Positions 55,472 through 64,000 of a stretch of 64,000 nucleotides of DNA are shown in pieces. Origin of the DNA: Gemmatimonadota bacterium (GTDB lineage: Bacteria > Gemmatimonadota > Gemmatimonadetes > Palauibacterales > Palauibacteraceae); NCBI GenBank assembly GCA_963666735.1, contig OY762926.1, positions 1,888,001 to 1,952,000 on the forward strand, read 5' to 3'. The position numbers and the translations under genes are program-made. The notes under the pieces are model-generated. The model worked only from the letters and a program-made list of their open reading frames with translations. It was not told the origin of the DNA and searched no databases. Position 1 is the stretch's first letter, and every line of letters begins with the position of its first letter.

Positions 55472-56035
55472 GTGGGCGCGGCCGGACAGAAGCCGCCGCG
55501 CGACCTCCAACAGATCGCGATCGCCGGGCGCTCGAACGTCGGAAAGTCCTCGCTGCTCAATCGTCTCGTGGGGCGCAAGAGCCTCGCGCGAACCTCGAAG
55601 CAGCCGGGGCGCACGCGCGAGATCAACTTCTTCCTCGTCGACGACCGCTATATGCTCGTCGATCTGCCGGGCTACGGGTTCGCGAAGGCGCCGAAGACCG
55701 TGCGGGAGAAGTGGGGACGGCTGATCGACGGGTACCTGCGCCGGACGCCGAAGCTGCTCGGCCTCGTGCTGCTCGTGGACGCGCGCCGCGGACTCACGGA
55801 CGACGATGAGCGGATGATCGAGTTCCTGGGGGCGACGGGCACGCCGACGCTCTTCGCGCTCACGAAGACGGACAAGCTGAACCGGTCCGGGCGTCGGCGG
55901 GCGACGAAGGAGCTGCGCGAGGCGCTCGAGCTCGATGCGGACCAGCTGGTCGAGACGTCCGCGCGCACCGGGGCCGGCGTCGACACGCTGCGCGAGAGCA
56001 TCGCCGCCCTCATCGCCGAGGCGGAGACCGGCTAG
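55472..56035 (+). CDS. yihA: Ribosome biogenesis GTPase YihA/EngB (true start probably further upstream)
   Basis: GRSNVGKSS, DLPGYG, TKTDK. Confidence 0.92.
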   Translation: MGAAGQKPPRDLQQIAIAGRSNVGKSSLLNRLVGRKSLARTSKQPGRTREINFFLVDDRYMLVDLPGYGFAKAPKTVREKWGRLIDGYLRRTPKLLGLVLLVDARRGLTDDDERMIEFLGATGTPTLFALTKTDKLNRSGRRRATKELREALELDADQLVETSARTGAGVDTLRESIAALIAEAETG

Positions 56036-56185
56036 CCGATCGGACTCCTCGCCTGAAGCACGACGCACCTGAGACCAGGGGCCCGCGCGGAGAGGAGACA
56101 CGATGAGAAAGCTCGCATCGGACTGCTCGGAACCTTTCGGCGCCTTTCGCTCGCGGCGCGGAGGCGGCGCGGCCGGACGCCGGCG

Positions 56186-56335
56186 AACACCCGGCTGCGC
56201 GCGGAACACCTGCTTCGGAGGCACCCGGAGATTCTCGACTTGGATCCGGGGCGGATCCTCCTCATCGCGGGCCTGCAGCGTACCGCGACGACGACCCTGC
56301 ACCGATTGCTCGCGGCGGACCCCGGGATTCGCGCG
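56186..56335 (+). pseudogene. Sulfotransferase gene remnant
   Basis: Frame reads RHPEILDLDPGRILLIAGLQRTATTTLHRLLAADP, resembling the PAPS-binding GxxRTGTT N-terminal region; no complete ORF. Confidence 0.6.
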
Positions 56336-56473
56336 TCGTGCAAGCTGCACCTGTGCGCTGCGGGTTCAACGACGTGGCACGAGGGCTGAAGGCCCGCGCG
56401 GAGGCCGGTTCGGCGGACGGGGGAGCCCGCGCCGGTGTGGGACCCGACGCTGGGAAGGGGCCAGCGAGAGTCA

Positions 56474-56542
56474 GCGGGTGCCCAGCCTGTAGGCCTCGAA
56501 CTCCCGCTTGAGGTTCTCGATGTCCACGCTGAGGTCGACGAG
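56474..56542 (-). repeat. Diverged fragment of the neighbouring sigma54 activator gene
   Basis: 63/69 nt identical to 58508-58576 (LVDLxVDIxxLKREFEAYRLG). Confidence 0.85.
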
Positions 56543-56581
56543 CCATCCGATGCGGATTGCCGGTTCCCCATCGCCGATTCG

Positions 56582-57943
56582 TCAGTCGGGTGGACAGGAC
56601 TCGACGATGACTAGCGCGCCTGTCTCCCCTTCGAGGCGCAGGTGCAGCACGTAGTCCACGTCCAGATTGTCAGAGACCACGCCAAAAACTCCGCCGCCCG
56701 CGCCAAAGTGCAATGCTTCCAGCTCCGCGGACGCGGCCACCATGCCTCGATAACGCCCGCAGTTGTCCAAGAGATCCCAAGTCGAGCCAGCCTCGGCCCC
56801 TGTTCCCGGCTCCCGCTCGGCCCACAACCACCCTTCCGGCGACACTTCCAGGGCCGCCAATACAGGCCTCATGTCCGACTCCTTCTCACCTCTTTCCGGC
56901 AAGGGAGGAGGGGTGCCCAACTCCACGGTACGAAGGGTATCCCCGTCAAAGTTGACTTCGTGGAAGCGTCGGGCCGACCGATTCGCTAGCCACACTGTTC
57001 CGCCGGGTCCAGCCGCCCAAACGACCCGGGGTTCGGCGGCGGCAGCCGTGGTCAGATTCGTCGTGCCACCCCTGATCCGCCCCGCGTCGCGCCGGGTTTC
57101 CCTAGTTCTGCCCTCACCCAACGTTATGGGTCTCAGTTCGATCAGGAGCGTGTCCCCCGAGAGTATCTCGTGTTCAGCGGACACCGGCAGACGCGCCACA
57201 TGCAATTCCTGTCGACCAACGGAGGAGTTGAATGAAATGTGGGTCAATTCCCGATAAACGGAACCGAGAGTATCCGTGCCCACAACCCTTGTCATTGGCT
57301 TCGGATCCCAAGCCAAGGTAGCTACCGTGCCGCCGGATCGGCCCAGCTCGTTACCCAGCGAATCCAAGAGCAGTTGTTGCGAACGGTCGCCGACCCACAA
57401 TCGGTTGGGTGCCTGCCACACAATCCGGCCGCGCCCAGCCAGCTGGTTGGAGTAGCGTTTCTCGCCAGGTCCGTCTCCCTCTCGCGCCATGCTCCGCAGG
57501 TATCGCCCATCGCGATCGAAAACGCGGACTTCTCTCCATCCGACATCAAGGACATAGATTCGACCGCCCCCATCCACCGCCAGGTCGTGGATGTCGGCGA
57601 AGGCATCAGGTCCAGACCCGGACAGTCTTCCGATCCTCAGTTCCTCGACCAGCCGCCATTCTTCGGCAACCTCGGGGCCAGCCGACGCGACGTTGGACAC
57701 CACCGCACGTCGCCCACCCAAGGTGTCTTTCGGAAGTCCACCAGCCCCGCGTTCGACCTGGGCCGCCGACGGAATCGCCATGATCGCACATGACACCGTC
57801 GCCACGATAGCGTGCCGTGGCGAACGCAAGCGGTTGCCACCTCTTCTGGCCAATATCGCTTTCCAGGGAAGGGCGCTCGGCGCTCGGCGCGGGGGCAAGG
57901 CTCGGCCGGATCCGACCGGGATGGTTTGGCGGCGGCTGTGCAA
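56582..57943 (-). CDS. Secreted beta-propeller-like (NHL-like) protein
   Basis: WRLVEELRIG, LAVDGGGRIYVLD, REGDGPGE, DNLDVDYV; start uncertain. Confidence 0.7.
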   Translation of the reverse strand: MHSRRQTIPVGSGRALPPRRAPSALPWKAILARRGGNRLRSPRHAIVATVSCAIMAIPSAAQVERGAGGLPKDTLGGRRAVVSNVASAGPEVAEEWRLVEELRIGRLSGSGPDAFADIHDLAVDGGGRIYVLDVGWREVRVFDRDGRYLRSMAREGDGPGEKRYSNQLAGRGRIVWQAPNRLWVGDRSQQLLLDSLGNELGRSGGTVATLAWDPKPMTRVVGTDTLGSVYRELTHISFNSSVGRQELHVARLPVSAEHEILSGDTLLIELRPITLGEGRTRETRRDAGRIRGGTTNLTTAAAAEPRVVWAAGPGGTVWLANRSARRFHEVNFDGDTLRTVELGTPPPLPERGEKESDMRPVLAALEVSPEGWLWAEREPGTGAEAGSTWDLLDNCGRYRGMVAASAELEALHFGAGGGVFGVVSDNLDVDYVLHLRLEGETGALVIVESCPPD

Positions 57944-58165
57944 GTCACTTACTCCACGATAAAGATGCAGGTTACGTCAACAGAGAAGTGCCACATGCCG
58001 CCGCCGAGATAGTAGCATCGTATGTCCCCTACGTGAGCGGCGTCCGCATCGAGATCTGCGCAGGCGTCAACAGCCTCGAGAATCCAACCTGTGACTGCAC
58101 TTTCCAGATCATGGGGGGGGGCGAGCGGAAAATGTCAAGATTGGCGTTCCTCTCGCCTGTTTAGG

Positions 58166-59809
58166 TTAATGTTCGATGCGGTACTTGCGGATCTTGCGGT
58201 AGATCGTGCGCTCGCCGATGCCCAGGGCCTGCGCGGCTTTCCGGCGGTTTCCCCCGGTCTGGCGGAGCACCGCGACGATCGCCTCGCGCTCGATCTCCTC
58301 CATCGTCATCCCGGGCCGGATCGCGATCATGTCGGCGTCCTCCGGGTAGGGACTGTCCCAGGCCGGCTGGGCGACTTCGTCCCCGGCGGGCGAGGCGCCG
58401 GCGGCCCCGGCCGCATCGGACGCGTCGACCGCGTCGGTGATGTCGATCTCGATCGCGTCTTCGATGTCTTCCCCCGCCCCGCTCCGGGAGGGGGCCGGAG
58501 GGAGTCGGCGGGCGCCCAGTCTGTAGGCCTCGAACTCCCGCTTGAGGTCATCGATGTCCACCTTGAGGTCGACGAGGGTGCGGAAGACGAAGGCGAGTTG
58601 CGGTGAACCGGGGATGGATCCGGCGCCGGCGCCGGCCGGAGGCGCGACGTGCCCGGGGGACGGCACGAGGCTCACGCCCCCGGTCCGGATCTCCGGCGGG
58701 ATGTCCTCCGGGCGGATGACGGAGCCGGGGGCGAGCACGACCATGGACTCGATCAGGTTCCGGAGTTCACGGACGTTCCCCGGCCAGTCGTAGTCGAGCA
58801 GGATCTGGAGCGCTTCCGGAGCGAGTCCGCGGAACTCCCGGTCGTGCTGCCGGCTGAACTCCGAGATGAAGCGGCGGATGAGGACCGGGATATCGCGGCG
58901 GCGCTCGCGGAGCGGCGGCATGTGGACGTTGAGGACGTTGAGGCGGTAGTACAGGTCGCGGCGGAACTCCCCCGTCTCGACCGCCTGCCTGAGGTCGCGG
59001 TTGGTGGCGGCGACGACGCGCACGCTGACCTGGATCTCGTGGTCCCCGCCCACCCTCATGAAGCGGCGGCTCTCGAGCACCCTCAGGAGCCGCGTCTGAG
59101 TGGGGAGCGGCATCTCGGCGATCTCGTCGAGGAGGAGCGTACCGCCATCGGCAAGTTCGAACATGCCCCGCCGCAGTGAGGTCGCTCCGGTGAAGGCGCC
59201 CTTCTCGTGCCCGAACAGTTCGGATTCGAGCAGCGACTCGGGGAGGGCGGCGCAGTTCACCGCGATGAAGGCCTTGGCGCGCCGCGGGGAGAGCCGGTGG
59301 AAGGCGCGCGCCACGAGTTCCTTTCCGGTCCCGCTCTCGCCGGTGAGGAGGACGGTGCTCATCACGGGGGCGATCATGTGCACCCGCTCGAGGATCTCGC
59401 GCATGGCCTCGGCGCGCCCGATGATTCCCGTTTTGCGCTGCAGGTCGTAGCGGTCGAGGTGCGTCTGCAGGACGACCCGCATCTCGTCGGGATCGAGGGG
59501 AACCGGGAGCGCCTCGTCGAGATCGAAGGACCGTGCCATCCGCCGACGCGCGTCCGGGTGAGTCTCCTCCGTGAGTCCGAGCACGGGCGGACGCGGAATC
59601 TCCGCCTCGAACAGGCCGCGCATCGCGGCGGCGCGCGATTCGTCGGGGGGACCGGTGAGGACGAGGGCGACCTCTGCCGCGCCGCCCAGCCGTCCCTCGA
59701 GTTCGCGCACGGATTCCACGAACTCGACCTCGTGCCCGTCGGCCTGCGCGGCCTGCCGGACGGCGATGGCGGCCTCCACTGCGCGCCCGTCGACGAAGAC
59801 GCGCGCCAT
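58166..59809 (-). CDS. sigma54-dependent transcriptional activator (NtrC/Fis-type)
   Basis: GESGTGKE, ELFGHEKGAFTGA, WPGNVREL, C-terminal Fis HTH. Confidence 0.93.
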   Translation of the reverse strand: MARVFVDGRAVEAAIAVRQAAQADGHEVEFVESVRELEGRLGGAAEVALVLTGPPDESRAAAMRGLFEAEIPRPPVLGLTEETHPDARRRMARSFDLDEALPVPLDPDEMRVVLQTHLDRYDLQRKTGIIGRAEAMREILERVHMIAPVMSTVLLTGESGTGKELVARAFHRLSPRRAKAFIAVNCAALPESLLESELFGHEKGAFTGATSLRRGMFELADGGTLLLDEIAEMPLPTQTRLLRVLESRRFMRVGGDHEIQVSVRVVAATNRDLRQAVETGEFRRDLYYRLNVLNVHMPPLRERRRDIPVLIRRFISEFSRQHDREFRGLAPEALQILLDYDWPGNVRELRNLIESMVVLAPGSVIRPEDIPPEIRTGGVSLVPSPGHVAPPAGAGAGSIPGSPQLAFVFRTLVDLKVDIDDLKREFEAYRLGARRLPPAPSRSGAGEDIEDAIEIDITDAVDASDAAGAAGASPAGDEVAQPAWDSPYPEDADMIAIRPGMTMEEIEREAIVAVLRQTGGNRRKAAQALGIGERTIYRKIRKYRIEH

Positions 59810-61398
59810 CAGCCGCCTGGCGACGCGTGCGCGGTATCGCCGCGCAACAGGTCGACCGCGTGGTCGACCACCGGTTCGAGCGCGGCCAGGCCGTCGGACA
59901 CGCCGCCCGGGCTCCCGGGCAGGTTGATGAGGAGCGTCTCGCCGCGGACTCCGGCCAGCCCGCGGCCGAGCGCGGCGTAGGGCGTGGATTCGGCACCGAC
60001 GCGGCGCAGCATCTCGGCGATCCCCGGCGCCTCGCGCTCGAGGACCGTGCGCGTCGCTTCGGGCGTCACGTCGCGCGCGGCAAGTCCGGTTCCGCCAGTC
60101 GTGAGGACGAGATCGACCCCCCGTACATCACACCAGTGCAGGAGGCGCGAGGCGATCGCGTCACTCTCGTCCGGCACGACATCCGCGCCGGACAACGAGT
60201 AGGCGCGCCCCCGAATCCACTTCCGGATGAGATCTCCGGAACCATCTTCGCGCTCGCCGGCGTACACGCCGTCGGAGATGGTCACGACGGCGATCCGCGG
60301 GGCGATCCGGTGCAGCGATCCGCGCGGATAGAAGGGCGGGCGCACGACTTCGCCCGCGATCGCCTTCCCCCGAATCATGATCTCCACGGCGTCGCCGAAG
60401 CCCGCGTCGACCGGCAGGTAGGCGGTCGCGATTCCGTGCCCCATGGAAGGGCTCACGGTCCCGCTTCGGACCTTTCCGACCGCCTCCCCGCCGAGTCGCA
60501 CTTCGTAACCCGCCCGCGGGAAGCCCCGCTCGAGCAGTCTCAGGAAGCGCAGCTTGCGGGCGAGACCGGCGGCGCGCTGGACGGCGAGGGCTTCCGCGCC
60601 CATGAAGTCGCCCTTGGCGTGCTTCACGAGCCACCCGAGTCCGGCCTCGAGCGCGGTCGTCTCATCGTCCACGTCGTTGCCGTAGAGCGCGTACCCCATC
60701 TCGAGCCGGAGCGAGTCCCTGGCCCCCAGGCCCGTGGGGACGGCGCCGGCCGCGACGAGCGCCCGCCACGTCGCCACCGCGTGCGCGTTCGGCATATAGA
60801 GTTCGAACCCGATCTCCCCCGTGTAGCCGGTCCGGCTGATGACGCACGGCGCCCCCGCGACCTCGCCGTGCACGAACCGGTAGTACTCGATCTCCGCCAG
60901 CGGCTGGTCCGTCAGCGGCGCCAGCATCACCTCGGCCATGGGTCCCTGGAGGGCGAGGAGGGCGATCTCATCGCTCTCGTCCGTCATCTCGACGTCGAAG
61001 CCCCGCGCGAGCCCGCTGAGGTGCGCCCAGTCCTTGGCCAGGTTGGCGGCGTTGACGACGAGCCGGTAATCCGCCTCGCCCATGCAGTAGACGATGAGGT
61101 CGTCGATGACGCCGCCGGTCTCGTGGCACATCGCGCTGTACTGGGCGTCTCCCGGCGCCAGGCGCGAGGGGTCGTTCGTCGTCGCGTAGGCCACGAACGC
61201 CCGCGCGTCCTCGCCGCGGACGCGGAACTCTCCCATGTGGGAGACGTCGAACAGGCCCGCGGTCTCGCGCACGGCATGGTGCTCGGCCCGGATCCCGGTC
61301 GGGTACTGGACGGGCATCGCGTACCCGGCGAAGGGAACGATCTTTCCGCCCAGGCGGACGTGTTCTTCGAATAGCGGGGTTTCTTTCAGGTCCTTCAC
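59809..61398 (-). CDS. gcvT: Glycine cleavage T protein fused to a MogA/MoaB molybdopterin-binding domain
   Basis: [28 protein letters not shown], then in frame VVTISD...TTGGTG..RDVTPEA...NLPGS. Confidence 0.88.
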   Translation of the reverse strand: MKDLKETPLFEEHVRLGGKIVPFAGYAMPVQYPTGIRAEHHAVRETAGLFDVSHMGEFRVRGEDARAFVAYATTNDPSRLAPGDAQYSAMCHETGGVIDDLIVYCMGEADYRLVVNAANLAKDWAHLSGLARGFDVEMTDESDEIALLALQGPMAEVMLAPLTDQPLAEIEYYRFVHGEVAGAPCVISRTGYTGEIGFELYMPNAHAVATWRALVAAGAVPTGLGARDSLRLEMGYALYGNDVDDETTALEAGLGWLVKHAKGDFMGAEALAVQRAAGLARKLRFLRLLERGFPRAGYEVRLGGEAVGKVRSGTVSPSMGHGIATAYLPVDAGFGDAVEIMIRGKAIAGEVVRPPFYPRGSLHRIAPRIAVVTISDGVYAGEREDGSGDLIRKWIRGRAYSLSGADVVPDESDAIASRLLHWCDVRGVDLVLTTGGTGLAARDVTPEATRTVLEREAPGIAEMLRRVGAESTPYAALGRGLAGVRGETLLINLPGSPGGVSDGLAALEPVVDHAVDLLRGDTAHASPGG

Positions 61399-62312
61399 GA
61401 TGCCGCTCCCATGAGCATGGCGAGGATCGCCTTCTGCGAGTGGAGCCGATTCTCCGCCTCGTCCCAGACGCGGGACGCCGGCCCGTCGATGACTTCGGCC
61501 GCGACTTCCTCGCCCCGGTGCGCGGGCAGGCAGTGGAGGAAGATCGCATCATCGGCGGCCCGGGCCATGATCTCCGCGCCCACATGGTATCCGTCGAAGG
61601 CCCGCGCACGCTCCACGGCCTCTTCCTCCTGTCCCATCGAGGCCCAGACATCCGTCGTCACGACGTGCGCCCCCTCGGCCGCCTCGGCCGGCGCCCGAAA
61701 GAGATCGACCTGCGTCGCGCGTCCCGCCGCGGCGAGGATCGCGGGGTCCGGATCGTAGCCTTCCGGGCAGGCGAGACGGAGTCGGAAGCCGAGCTTCGCG
61801 GCCGCGTTCAACCACGAGTTCGCCACGTTGTTGCCATCGCCGATCCAGGCGACGGTCCGCCCCGAGAGGTCGGGGCCGAACTCCGCGCGCGCGGTCTGCA
61901 GATCCGCCATGATCTGGCAGGGGTGCAGCAGGTCCGTGAGGCCGTTGATGACGGGAATCGAACCGTGCTCGGCCAGCGCCTCGACATCGGCCTGCGCGAA
62001 CGTCCGGATCATGATTCCGTGCACGAAGCGCGACAGGACACGGGCCGTATCGGAGAGCGGCTCCCCGCGTCCGATCTGGATGTCGCGCGCGGACAGGAAG
62101 AGCGCCTGCCCGCCCAGTTGGTGCGTCCCCACCTCGAAGGACACCCGGGTACGGGTCGAACTCTTCGTGAAGATCATGGCGAGCGTCTTCCCGGTGAGGG
62201 GACGGCCCGCCGCGCCGGGGTCGGCCTTGAGGCGGTCGGCGAGATCGAGCGCCTCGCGCAGCCGCCCGGGCGCCCAGTCGGCGATCGAGAGAAAATGTCG
62301 GGTCCGGTCCAT
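61395..62312 (-). CDS. argF: Ornithine carbamoyltransferase
   Basis: [27 protein letters not shown]. Confidence 0.95.
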   Translation of the reverse strand: MDRTRHFLSIADWAPGRLREALDLADRLKADPGAAGRPLTGKTLAMIFTKSSTRTRVSFEVGTHQLGGQALFLSARDIQIGRGEPLSDTARVLSRFVHGIMIRTFAQADVEALAEHGSIPVINGLTDLLHPCQIMADLQTARAEFGPDLSGRTVAWIGDGNNVANSWLNAAAKLGFRLRLACPEGYDPDPAILAAAGRATQVDLFRAPAEAAEGAHVVTTDVWASMGQEEEAVERARAFDGYHVGAEIMARAADDAIFLHCLPAHRGEEVAAEVIDGPASRVWDEAENRLHSQKAILAMLMGAAS

Positions 62313-62338
62313 GGCCTCGTGTGCCCTCGGGTCTCCGC

Positions 62339-63823
62339 TCAGAGGATGTAGCGTCTCAGGTCTTCGTCGTCCGCGATGCGCGACAGACGGTCCCGCACGA
62401 AGTCCGCGTCGACGGTGATCGTCTCGTTCGCCCGCGCTTCCGGCAGATCGAAGAGGATCTTCTCCAGGAGTGTGCTGAGGACGGTGTGGAGACGCCGGGC
62501 GCCGATGTTCTCCGTCCTCTCGTTCACGTGGCTCGCGATGCGGGCGATTTCGCGGACCGCGCCCTCCTCGAACTCGAGCCGGGCGGACTCGGTCTCCACG
62601 AGTGCCCGGTACTGCGCGAGCAGGGCGTAGCGGGGTTCCCGGAGGATGCGCGTGAAAGCCTCCGCGTCCAGACTCTCGAGTTCCACGCGGATCGGGAACC
62701 GGCCCTGCAGTTCGGGGATCAGATCCGAGGGCTTCGCGATGTGGAACGCCCCGGCCGCGATGAACAGGATGTGGTCCGTGCGGACCATCCCGTACCGCGT
62801 CTGGACCGTGGACCCCTCGACGATGGGCAGGAGGTCGCGCTGCACGCCCTCGCGCGAAACGTCGGGTCCCGCGCCGCCGTGCTTCCCGGCGACCTTGTCG
62901 ATCTCGTCGAGGAAGACGATCCCCATGCTCTCGGTTCGGCGCAGCGCCTGCTCCGTGACCTCCTCCATGTCCACCAGGTTCGCGAGTTCCTCGGAGCGGA
63001 GGATCCGGCGGGCGTCCGCTACGGTGACCCTGCGGCGGCGCGTCTTCTTCGGAAGCACCCCCTTGAGGACTTCCCCGATGTTGAAGTCCACGCTCTCCAT
63101 GCCGCCCCCCACATCCAGCATGGGGATCGAGCTTTCGCTGACCTCGACTTCGACCTCCCGTTCATCGAGCATGCCGTCGCGCAGGAGGCCGCGGAGCTTC
63201 TCGCGCGTGCGCTGCTTGCGCTGCTCGGAAGGCTCGCCGGAGCGGGTCTCGGATGCGTGTCCCGCAAGCGACACGACGAACTGCCGCTGCGGGTCCCCGC
63301 CGGAACCCGCCACGGGCTCACCCTCCGCCACGGGAGGAAGAAGCAGGTCGAGGAGGCGCTCCTCGACTCGCCGGTCGGCGATCTCACCGTGCCGGGCTTC
63401 CTGCTCCTCGCGCACGAGCTTGATCGCGATCTCGACGAGATCCCGGATCATCGATTCCACATCGCGGCCGACGTAGCCCACTTCGGTGAACTTCGAGGCC
63501 TCGACCTTGATGAACGGAGCGCCCGCAAGCCGCGAGAGACGGCGGGCGATCTCGGTCTTCCCCACACCGGTCGGGCCGATGAGGATGATGTTGTTGGGGA
63601 GGATCTCCTCGCGCATCCCCTCGTCGACGTTCTGCCGCCGCCAGCGGTTGCGGAGCGCGATCGCGACGGCCTTCTTCGCCTCGTCCTGTCCGATGATGTA
63701 CTGGTCGAGTTCCTCGACGATCTGTCGGGGGGTGAGCGCCGCCGCGATTCCGGGGTCGCCGGGATCCGGGGCGGGGACGATATCGGGGCGGTGCGTCACT
63801 CGCCCGCCATCGCTGGTCGTCAT
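62339..63823 (-). CDS. hslU: HslU ATPase
   Basis: [37 protein letters not shown]-terminal DLRRYIL. Confidence 0.96.
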   Translation of the reverse strand: MTTSDGGRVTHRPDIVPAPDPGDPGIAAALTPRQIVEELDQYIIGQDEAKKAVAIALRNRWRRQNVDEGMREEILPNNIILIGPTGVGKTEIARRLSRLAGAPFIKVEASKFTEVGYVGRDVESMIRDLVEIAIKLVREEQEARHGEIADRRVEERLLDLLLPPVAEGEPVAGSGGDPQRQFVVSLAGHASETRSGEPSEQRKQRTREKLRGLLRDGMLDEREVEVEVSESSIPMLDVGGGMESVDFNIGEVLKGVLPKKTRRRRVTVADARRILRSEELANLVDMEEVTEQALRRTESMGIVFLDEIDKVAGKHGGAGPDVSREGVQRDLLPIVEGSTVQTRYGMVRTDHILFIAAGAFHIAKPSDLIPELQGRFPIRVELESLDAEAFTRILREPRYALLAQYRALVETESARLEFEEGAVREIARIASHVNERTENIGARRLHTVLSTLLEKILFDLPEARANETITVDADFVRDRLSRIADDEDLRRYIL

Positions 63824-64000
63824 GGTTCGTTTCCGTTCCCGTTCGCGTTGCCGTCCGCGCTGCCCGGGAGTTCGAGCACCGTGATCTCCCGGTTCGTGTA
63901 CACGCAGATCTCCGCCGCGATCTCCAGGGCCTGCCGGGCGACTTCCGCGGCCGGCAACTCCGTCCGGCGGACGAGGGCCCGGGCGGCGGCGAGCGCGTGC
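63820..64000 (-). CDS. hslV: HslV protease, 3' part (truncated by window edge)
   Basis: ALAAARAL...[22 protein letters not shown] overlap with hslU. Confidence 0.9.
   Translation of the reverse strand, partial: HALAAARALVRRTELPAAEVARQALEIAAEICVYTNREITVLELPGSADGNANGNGNEP

Overview
High-GC bacterial chromosomal window; gene order and protein style suggest Gemmatimonadota (inference only). Core regions: thiE 3' end, a stand-alone 23S-5S rRNA unit with no 16S directly downstream of the complete atp operon, moxR/corC/prepilin peptidase/trmH/thiD, aldehyde dehydrogenase-deoC, higA and katG on the left; purine nucleoside phosphorylase, nupC, dnaK, htrA, tRNA-Leu-tig-clpP-clpX-yihA, a sigma54 activator, a gcvT-mogA fusion, argF and hslUV on the right. 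Between convergent katG and pnp lies a ~23 kb variable island (22445-45645). It is built of stacked cassettes, each starting with a diverged copy of the katG 3' end plus a conserved hairpin, and it contains a head-to-head pnp'|'katG fusion; no integrase is visible. Its cargo is two recurring uncharacterised modules. Module A (three copies): putative lipoprotein, secreted 8-Cys protein with a conserved C-terminal domain, and a beta-propeller-like protein. Module B (two copies): CxxC thioredoxin-like protein, signal-peptide 6-Cys peptide, and a beta-propeller-like lipoprotein. Two receiver-like/AraC-type regulators head these modules. All propeller genes have open reading frames while partner genes are repeatedly broken by IS elements and deletions, suggesting a polymorphic secreted-peptide plus receptor/immunity system. 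A second propeller islet at 56-58 kb shows the same neighbour-gene-fragment signature.
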